Virus record (IMG/VR): IMGVR_UViG_3300037067_008519
Span: 1 to 64,000 of that record
Direction: 5' to 3' (one strand)
DNA: 64,000 nucleotides
From: a virus
Taxonomy: Duplodnaviria > Caudoviricetes
The notes under the pieces were generated by a model. It was not told where the DNA came from. It ran no database searches and was given only the letters and a program-made list of their open reading frames with translations. The translations under genes and the position numbers were made by a program. Shown here in pieces: positions 56,822 to 64,000 of the stretch (positions within the stretch are counted from its first letter, which is position 1; each line of letters opens with the position of its first letter).

Positions 56822-58339
56822 ATGGATTTAGAACTTAGTTATAATACACTTCCTGAATATCCTAATGGAGCAAATGGGTGGTATATATCCCCCACAGAGA
56901 TTTCACTTTATCCTAATAGTGGTTCAGATATAACTATATATTGGAATTGGAACACTAGTGGTTCTTATTATTCTTCGGGGGATATTCCTGCTGGTGTGCC
57001 CTATAATATAGGGTATCTGCCCTCGGGGGCTAATGTATTATATTGCCACGCTTTAAGTGATAATTATGATTTAGTTATGGATGGTACTACTCTTAATAAA
57101 GATTTAGTACACGATGTGGCAGCAACTACGACAGGCACTCCTTCTTCAGGTTCTTTGTTAGGGGTTGAGGCTCCTTATATATCTTCTGGAGGTTTTACTA
57201 GATTTTCTTATCCTAATAGTTCCATAGGGTTAGTCGCGGGAGAGCCTATTACTTGTATTTTTGCAGTAAATACTACATGGGCGGGTAATGATGGTGTTAC
57301 TCATTTTTTGTTTAATACAAACTATTCAGGCGACCACAACGGTATTAGGATAGTTAAATTTTCATCTAATTATCTTTCAGTACAGGTATATAGTGATGAT
57401 AGTATAAAACAAACATCTATAGCTGTTAACGGCACTAATTGGGCAGCCGGGGTTGACCATATAATAATAATCACTATTGATGAAGACAATAATCAACGAA
57501 TCTTTCTTGATGGGATAGAGCCAACCCCTGTACACAGCGGTTCATCTGGAAGAGAACTTGTTATGGGTTCGTGGGTTGATATAGGAACAAGCTGGGGATA
57601 TACGCAACGCACGGAAGGTTATATTCTTTGTGCCTTATATAATCGTATTTTGTCAGATACAGAAATAGAAGACTTATCTGGTATGACAGAATGGTTCCCC
57701 GGTTATCAAAAAACAGAAAACTATTCCTTTGTATTTAGATATGATGATGTATCTCCTACTTTTACCCTAACCGAGCCTTCGGGAACTACTTGGAGTGGAA
57801 GTATTACTGTTAGTGCTTCTGGTTCTGATGAACTATCGGGGGTTGCCCACACAGATATTTTTGTAGATGGCTGGTTAACCTATACTGAGATACTTGGAGA
57901 ATTGGAATATATCTTAGATACCACTAGATTTAAAGATGGAACACATAGTTTAGATGTATCTGTATATGATAGGGCTGGACATATTACTGCTAGTGGTATG
58001 AGTGGTATTATAGACAATTCTCCCCCCGTGATAAATTACACAGATTTTAGTCTAATAAGTGATAGTTCTTATAACGTTTCGGGCACTTCATATGATGTTT
58101 GTTCTAATGTAGAGAAAGTAGAATTTATTTATTATTCGTCCTCATCGGGGAGCGGAACTTGGCAGGAAGTAACTTATACCTCTGGTGAAAATACATCTTT
58201 TGCTTATTGGTACGCACCTTTAACTGGATTAGTGAATGAAGATTGGGTGTTACAATTTAGGGCCGAAGACACACTAGGGAATATAACTCCTTCCGGTACA
58301 TATCCTATGAAAGTTTTTACTGTGGAGGTTGATGAGTAA
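56822..58339 (+). CDS. Tail protein with LamG-like and Ig-like domains
   Basis: IFLDG, LYNRILSDTEI, DELSGV, DTTRFKDGTHSL, DTLGN. Confidence 0.7.
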   Translation: MDLELSYNTLPEYPNGANGWYISPTEISLYPNSGSDITIYWNWNTSGSYYSSGDIPAGVPYNIGYLPSGANVLYCHALSDNYDLVMDGTTLNKDLVHDVAATTTGTPSSGSLLGVEAPYISSGGFTRFSYPNSSIGLVAGEPITCIFAVNTTWAGNDGVTHFLFNTNYSGDHNGIRIVKFSSNYLSVQVYSDDSIKQTSIAVNGTNWAAGVDHIIIITIDEDNNQRIFLDGIEPTPVHSGSSGRELVMGSWVDIGTSWGYTQRTEGYILCALYNRILSDTEIEDLSGMTEWFPGYQKTENYSFVFRYDDVSPTFTLTEPSGTTWSGSITVSASGSDELSGVAHTDIFVDGWLTYTEILGELEYILDTTRFKDGTHSLDVSVYDRAGHITASGMSGIIDNSPPVINYTDFSLISDSSYNVSGTSYDVCSNVEKVEFIYYSSSSGSGTWQEVTYTSGENTSFAYWYAPLTGLVNEDWVLQFRAEDTLGNITPSGTYPMKVFTVEVDE

Positions 58340-58815
58340 TGGCTGTACCAGGAAAGCGGTTCATTCTAACAAATCTGGATGACCCAATAACTTATAAACA
58401 ATTAATCTTTGCGCCGTATAAAAATGACGGTTCCTATCTTATTCATAATCCTAAGTGGTCTATTGTTGATTACCCGATTTTGGGGGCTGCGAATCCTACA
58501 TCATACGAACCCAATAACAGAGAAGAACCTATAAAATCTAAAATAAGCATCAATGGATATAGAATAGCTGTGAGGTTTCCTTTAGCTCCTGAATCTAAAA
58601 AAATAAGCTGGGATAGGATAGGCCAACCATTTTATGAAGAATTAAAGAAGCGTTGTGATTCGGGCCATAGATATTTGTTAAGGGACCAAGATGGTAAGAC
58701 ATTGGTAGGACGTATTAAGGAATTCCAATTCTCAGCTATTGTTGCTACAGTCCCTACTCTGTTTACAGGCTCATTCGTACTTGAGGGAATAGGAAATTGG
58801 GAAAGCCCTCTCTAA
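58339..58815 (+). CDS. Putative distal tail/minor tail protein
   Basis: Position and size; beta-rich. Confidence 0.5.
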   Translation: MAVPGKRFILTNLDDPITYKQLIFAPYKNDGSYLIHNPKWSIVDYPILGAANPTSYEPNNREEPIKSKISINGYRIAVRFPLAPESKKISWDRIGQPFYEELKKRCDSGHRYLLRDQDGKTLVGRIKEFQFSAIVATVPTLFTGSFVLEGIGNWESPL

Positions 58816-58826
58816 GGAGATAAAAG

Positions 58827-61800
58827 ATGTCAGTTTCAAAAACGATGCGGCAGGCAACGCCAATAATCACCCATAATTTAACATATTCCAATAATGAATA
58901 TACTCTACAACCTGATAATTCAGATGGGTATGTTGTTTTTGAATTATACCTACAGCGTGTAAAAGCGTGGCAAGATTTTAATTATACTGTGATTGCTGAT
59001 AATATTGATACTTTTGTTTCTTATAGCACACAATCTTCACATGATGGTGTTGCTTGGGGTTATTGGAATACCGGCTTTACTTGCCCCGCCGCCAAGTATC
59101 TCCGCATTAGGTTTGATTTAAGGACTACTGATGGGGATAAGACTTCCCGCCTACAAGATTTTGTACTAACTTTTGATGATAATATAGTTATAAACGAGGA
59201 AGAAGAATGGATTAAAACTACTCAAGGTGCTGCTACTGACGTGGATGCTAAGGTGGAAGTGGAATTGAAAAATCAATATTGGAGTGGGGCAACCGAATTA
59301 GACACAAGAATTAAATATCCTTTTAGCCCAATGGATGCAAGTTCAGAAATACAGGCTTTGGATTTTTTTAAAATAGATGACGATACGATACTAGCTCTTG
59401 TTCCTTTTGATAAATACCCCAATACAACAATAAATGGGAATTTTTATGGTTTGAAAGTGTATTCTTTTAATCCTAAAAGTGGAGCAATAAGTGGCATTAG
59501 TTCAGATGTTACCGGAATATACGGTGTTACTATCGGTCAACCAGCTAGAATAAATAAATACAAAGGAGAGAATGGAGATTACTGGGTAACTTTTGTGTCT
59601 GGATTAAAACTTATATCAGCAAAATCTACAGGTAATTGGAATTCTTGGTCACAAACTGTTATTTATGATGCAGAATCGAGATATGATGTTTCAAACCCAA
59701 CGGACATGAATCACTATCATATGTATCTTCTTACTAATGGGACAGAATGGAAATGCAGTTCTCAATTTGTGATTAATCCTACTTGGGAATCTGATGTAGG
59801 TACTGTAAGGATATTAGATTATAGTGGTTTTTATTATTTATCTAGAACAGACTATTCTCCAGGTATAAGGTTGGGAGATTTTATACAAAATGGGGATTCT
59901 GGTTGGTTTACCCTCAGTTTTGTTGGTAAGTCAATAACTCTAAAGGGGTCTGCCCGCACTACTTGTCATATTGATGCCTATAAATACAAAAATGGAGGAT
60001 GGGAGTGGGCCACAAGCAACCAATATCAATATGATGGCTCATTAGATGTTACGGTAGATTTTGGTAATTATAATACTCACATAGTTAAATTAGTAGTAAC
60101 TTCTAGTGGCCTAGCACAGACTGATACACTGTCTCCCATAACGGGTACGGATTATTTTACTACTTATATTTCTGATTTGCCTTGGTGGCAATGGAATTGG
60201 GGTCTTTCAAATTGGGATTTTCAAAAAGGAAATAATTGGCTTTATTTAGGAGCTAAACAGGATGTAATTTATAATAATGGTTGGCAGAGTGATTGGAAAT
60301 TAGATGTACATAATTTACCCCATCCCTACAATCTTTGCGGCATCTATAGAATTGAATATGATGTGGTTAGTGATGTTAGGTGGTGGGATTGGGAATTTCG
60401 TTGTTACACCGATTTTGGTTTTTGGTATTATGATACACATGATGATCCGTGGTGTGTAGTAGATAGGAGTAGTCATCATTATAATCAATATGTACAAGCA
60501 GAATGGGATGCACCCGGTTTTATTATAGGAGATCCCGTTTCTTTCATAGCATTTGGGTTGAGGTGGCACACTAACAATGGCATATGGACTTGTCGGCAAT
60601 TGCATCCCGATTGGGAACCCGCCCATGTGACCTTACAGAATATAAAAACTTATTTTAAACCTACACATCATTCCCCACCCTATAGATATAAATTTGAAAG
60701 TGCGGAAATAAATGCTGAATGGCAAGCCTCTTATGCCAAAAATACTGATTTGATTTTTAATGATGCATATATTTCTGTAGCTGGGGAGATGCGAAATACT
60801 GAATTTATTTCTGATGCCCTTTTAATAGGATATTGGGATGGGTATGGTAGTGCGGACGAAGCATTAAACAGCGCTAATCAAATTGATTTTAGTCTAGACC
60901 CTGCGCCGGGGGATATTGAAAATACTAAAATTTGGGTAAAATGGTTTTCAACTGATGTTGACTGCTACAATTTCAGAGAATTTCCTACATGGGATGGTGA
61001 ACCGGGACCAGAAAAATGTGTTGCTTGGATGATGGTTTATGTTTATAATCCCTCAGCAGGAGACTCTTCCTATATATTGAAATATGGTGTAGATGATGGT
61101 GTAAAAATTTATTCAGTAAAACCTGACGGTACTGTTACTTTAGAAGACACTCAAACAGGTGAGCGAGATATGCAACCAGACGAATTTCCGAATTGTGCAA
61201 TAACTTTAGGGGCTGGCTGGAATAAATTGTATTTTAAAGTTAGTAATGGTACTGGAACAGGTTGGCCTAATAGGTGGAGTATAAAGGCTAGAATAGTAGA
61301 TGCAAATGATAAATTACCCGATGGGATGATAATTAGTACAACGAAGTCAACAACAGGGGAAATTGCTTATATCTCACTTCAGTCCAAAGAAGATAAAGCC
61401 ATTGGCTACGATTTTACGGAAACTACAAATTCTAATACAATAGATAAATGGTCTAGAGTTCATACAATGGGTTCTATAAAAGAGGGAACTAAAAGTGGTT
61501 ATTCCTATAGTTCTCTTGAATATATTTGTCAAGATTATTATCCCCAATCTTCAGAAAAGGGAAATATAATGTATGTCCAATATGATATTAGAGCTAATAT
61601 TCCTGCTGATTGGCATGTTGAAATATATATGGATGCGGTATTAAAAACAGAATATGGTAGTGGATATTATAACCTTACAGATAGATTTGAAGTATCTAGT
61701 ACCGCCATTGGAGCCGGACATATCGGTTTTGCATTGAAATATTGGGGGGCAGGAACATCTTCTCCGGGAGACATAAGCCAATGTTATGTTGAAATTTTTA

Positions 61801-64000
61801 ATATCAAATGTATTTATTCACAGATTCAGACAGGTATGAAAATATACTCCTATTTATGGGTAAATTGGGGCGGGGATTGCCAAGATTGGGAAAGCCCGGC
61901 ATTTAATAAAAGATATAAATTATGGGAAAGTGTCGGTTCTTATCCAGAAAGGGGCACTTTTTTAACTTTAGATAATTCTTTGTGGATGCTAGCTCAACAT
62001 TGGGAAGATGGTTTAGTAAAACTTAAAATGCATAGTTTAGATAGTACAATATTATCATCTCCTGATTACTGGTCTTCTGTGGACACAGGTTTTTACCGAC
62101 CTCTGGAGGGGATTAAAAAATATTTTACTAATTTAAATTGGGAAGCTTCTAGGTATAATCAATTTTTTATTTGTTCTGATTTTGTAAATAATCCTGACGG
62201 TAATAATTTCTCTAGAGAGAATGGTTTTTTTACCACGCATCATCCTGAATGGATTTCTAGCCCAAAACCCGCCTTTACTAATGAAATGATTATAGCTTTT
62301 ATACCTATTGGTGATAGTATGATGATGCTTTCTACCGCCGGAGACGGGTTGATTAGAAAAAGAATGTTAGGCGAATCTACCACCCGTTATGATATATCTA
62401 ATTGGGTAACTGACTTTACTATAAGTAAAACTCTTGAGGGTTCTAGCGATAATGCCTCGATAACTTTAAATAATGTTGGTGGGGAATTTAATCCTATATC
62501 AGCTAGTGGTATGTTTAGAGAAATAATCCCAGAAGCTTATTATGATAGAAAACCTCGTATATTTAATATTTATATGTCTTCTCATTCTGCTGATGAACAG
62601 CCATATTTTTCTAGAATAACAAATACAGACCCAGACCATAATTTTGATGAAAAAAGAGTATTTACTGGAGTATTGGGACAAATTGAGAATTCAGCTAGTT
62701 ATGAGGATAATTCCTTACCCCTTTCCATTTATGATTTTAGTTATCAACTAAATAAATTTAATGCACCTGAAAGCTACGTGTATGCCTCTCCCCCACAGGT
62801 TTTCTTCGATGATTTTTGTGATAGTTATGCTATGGGTGTAAGTGATAAAGCTCTTTCTATTCGTAATTATCCAGATTCTACTATTTGGGTTGAAAGTAGT
62901 AATAATAGTGCCTTTAGCATAGACCCATATGAAAAATATATGGAGCATATTTATGATAATTATCACTATATCTGTACGAAGAACTTCCCCGGAAATTTCT
63001 CTGCTACCTTAGCCTGTTCTATTAAAATGCCCACTTTTTGTGATTTTACTCTATGGTGGTCAAGACAAGATTTTATTAGATTCTATCCTGCTAGTGGGTT
63101 TGCTGCGATATATGATTCTAACGGAGTTGATTATGGTCATTTTGATATAAGTAATATGATTGAGAATGATTGGAATGATATTAAAATAGCTGTTGGTCCT
63201 TCCTATGTAGATTTATCTATAAGAAATACTTCTAAGGGAAGGGTATATGGTAGAGGCTATAGTGCTGGGATATATTGTTTCTTGTGGGGGCCGAGTGCCC
63301 ATAGTTATCTCCGAAGCCCCAGAATTACGAAAAGCCAAACAGGATTATTTGAGAAAACCGATACTTGGATAGTTAAAGACGTACTGTATAAAGCAGCGCA
63401 ACACATTATTCCCGTTAACGAAACATCCTTTATGATTCCTGAAAACGAAGAGGACGTATTAATAGGATTTATAGTATGGCGAGAAGGTGAATCTGCTTAT
63501 TCATTCTTAGACCGACTTTCTAAACGATACAATAAGCGTTTTTACTTTGATAATCTAGGACGCATAATATGGAAGAATCAGGAATTGGATTTGGTAACTA
63601 GGACTTTGGAATCTAAGCACATAGAGAGTGTTAGACAGAGCTATTCTAATTTTGACTATGTTAATTGGATTGGGGTTTATTCGGATAATAATGGTAGTCC
63701 AATTAAGGGCAGAGCAGGCAGCGCAGAGAGTATCATGACAGATGGGACACGATATGAATTAGTGGAGGACGGTTCATTTAAAACCCGAAAAGATGCTAAT
63801 TTGAAGGCTGCTGGAGAGTATTATTCTAGAAATGACGGGTTAGAGGTATTGTCTTGTAATTTAACTGTGCCCCTCTTTACTGTTAGGCCGGGGGATTTAA
63901 TAAAAGTTAGTGATCCTGAAGTAACACGTATAGAATCCGACTATATAATCAGGGGTACGTCCTTTTCCTATAACAATAATGACAAGAGCTGGGAGATAGG
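58827..64000 (+). CDS. Very large tail tip/baseplate hub protein (>1720 aa), runs off window
   Basis: ATG 58827 with AAGGAG RBS; absent from ORF track, consistent with no stop in window; C-terminal FYFDNLG and VRPGDLIKV hub-like motifs in the same frame. Confidence 0.75.
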   Translation, partial: MSVSKTMRQATPIITHNLTYSNNEYTLQPDNSDGYVVFELYLQRVKAWQDFNYTVIADNIDTFVSYSTQSSHDGVAWGYWNTGFTCPAAKYLRIRFDLRTTDGDKTSRLQDFVLTFDDNIVINEEEEWIKTTQGAATDVDAKVEVELKNQYWSGATELDTRIKYPFSPMDASSEIQALDFFKIDDDTILALVPFDKYPNTTINGNFYGLKVYSFNPKSGAISGISSDVTGIYGVTIGQPARINKYKGENGDYWVTFVSGLKLISAKSTGNWNSWSQTVIYDAESRYDVSNPTDMNHYHMYLLTNGTEWKCSSQFVINPTWESDVGTVRILDYSGFYYLSRTDYSPGIRLGDFIQNGDSGWFTLSFVGKSITLKGSARTTCHIDAYKYKNGGWEWATSNQYQYDGSLDVTVDFGNYNTHIVKLVVTSSGLAQTDTLSPITGTDYFTTYISDLPWWQWNWGLSNWDFQKGNNWLYLGAKQDVIYNNGWQSDWKLDVHNLPHPYNLCGIYRIEYDVVSDVRWWDWEFRCYTDFGFWYYDTHDDPWCVVDRSSHHYNQYVQAEWDAPGFIIGDPVSFIAFGLRWHTNNGIWTCRQLHPDWEPAHVTLQNIKTYFKPTHHSPPYRYKFESAEINAEWQASYAKNTDLIFNDAYISVAGEMRNTEFISDALLIGYWDGYGSADEALNSANQIDFSLDPAPGDIENTKIWVKWFSTDVDCYNFREFPTWDGEPGPEKCVAWMMVYVYNPSAGDSSYILKYGVDDGVKIYSVKPDGTVTLEDTQTGERDMQPDEFPNCAITLGAGWNKLYFKVSNGTGTGWPNRWSIKARIVDANDKLPDGMIISTTKSTTGEIAYISLQSKEDKAIGYDFTETTNSNTIDKWSRVHTMGSIKEGTKSGYSYSSLEYICQDYYPQSSEKGNIMYVQYDIRANIPADWHVEIYMDAVLKTEYGSGYYNLTDRFEVSSTAIGAGHIGFALKYWGAGTSSPGDISQCYVEIFNIKCIYSQIQTGMKIYSYLWVNWGGDCQDWESPAFNKRYKLWESVGSYPERGTFLTLDNSLWMLAQHWEDGLVKLKMHSLDSTILSSPDYWSSVDTGFYRPLEGIKKYFTNLNWEASRYNQFFICSDFVNNPDGNNFSRENGFFTTHHPEWISSPKPAFTNEMIIAFIPIGDSMMMLSTAGDGLIRKRMLGESTTRYDISNWVTDFTISKTLEGSSDNASITLNNVGGEFNPISASGMFREIIPEAYYDRKPRIFNIYMSSHSADEQPYFSRITNTDPDHNFDEKRVFTGVLGQIENSASYEDNSLPLSIYDFSYQLNKFNAPESYVYASPPQVFFDDFCDSYAMGVSDKALSIRNYPDSTIWVESSNNSAFSIDPYEKYMEHIYDNYHYICTKNFPGNFSATLACSIKMPTFCDFTLWWSRQDFIRFYPASGFAAIYDSNGVDYGHFDISNMIENDWNDIKIAVGPSYVDLSIRNTSKGRVYGRGYSAGIYCFLWGPSAHSYLRSPRITKSQTGLFEKTDTWIVKDVLYKAAQHIIPVNETSFMIPENEEDVLIGFIVWREGESAYSFLDRLSKRYNKRFYFDNLGRIIWKNQELDLVTRTLESKHIESVRQSYSNFDYVNWIGVYSDNNGSPIKGRAGSAESIMTDGTRYELVEDGSFKTRKDANLKAAGEYYSRNDGLEVLSCNLTVPLFTVRPGDLIKVSDPEVTRIESDYIIRGTSFSYNNNDKSWEI

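Noticed and set aside
1-64000. Stop-codon reassignment (suggested by the TAG before tnpB and the TAA in HNH-AP2)
   Set aside because: Long genes are intact in the standard code, and TAG, TAA and TGA all end normal genes.
56822-64000. Diversity-generating retroelement acting on tail genes
   Set aside because: No reverse transcriptase and no template/variable repeat pair seen in the window.

Overview
The window is part of a large, AT-rich tailed phage genome, probably a long-tailed siphovirus; no host can be assigned and no integrase is visible. Positions 1-25 kb are mostly leftward early/middle genes: a SNF2/HARP-like helicase running off the left edge, two repeat-rich non-coding blocks, many small hypothetical genes, a metallophosphoesterase, tRNA-Leu(TAA), a degenerate tRNA, a phage sigma factor, two YopX genes, a nucleotide-sugar/glycosyltransferase cluster and a dnaX-like clamp loader. 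Positions 25.3-64 kb are one rightward late region: GT4, terminase, GT17, head-fibre-like genes, portal, protease, scaffold, HK97-fold capsid, head-tail joining genes, tail tube, chaperones, a tape measure protein with NlpC/P60, and tail tip genes. It has a 35-bp motif in three copies that is the likely late promoter, and several homing endonucleases. The strongest finding is a transposase-less TnpB in the 3' end of the putative head-closure gene. The last 17 codons of that gene occur twice, in diverged form. The downstream copy starts exactly at the IS200/IS605-type right end, so it would supply the guide, while the expressed upstream copy is mismatched to that guide. This architecture suggests an RNA-guided homing (gene-drive) cassette with built-in self-immunity. 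Other highlights are three stem-loop+ACCA tRNA-like minihelices in the late region and a multi-enzyme glycosylation pathway. All assignments come from reading motifs by eye; no database searches were run.
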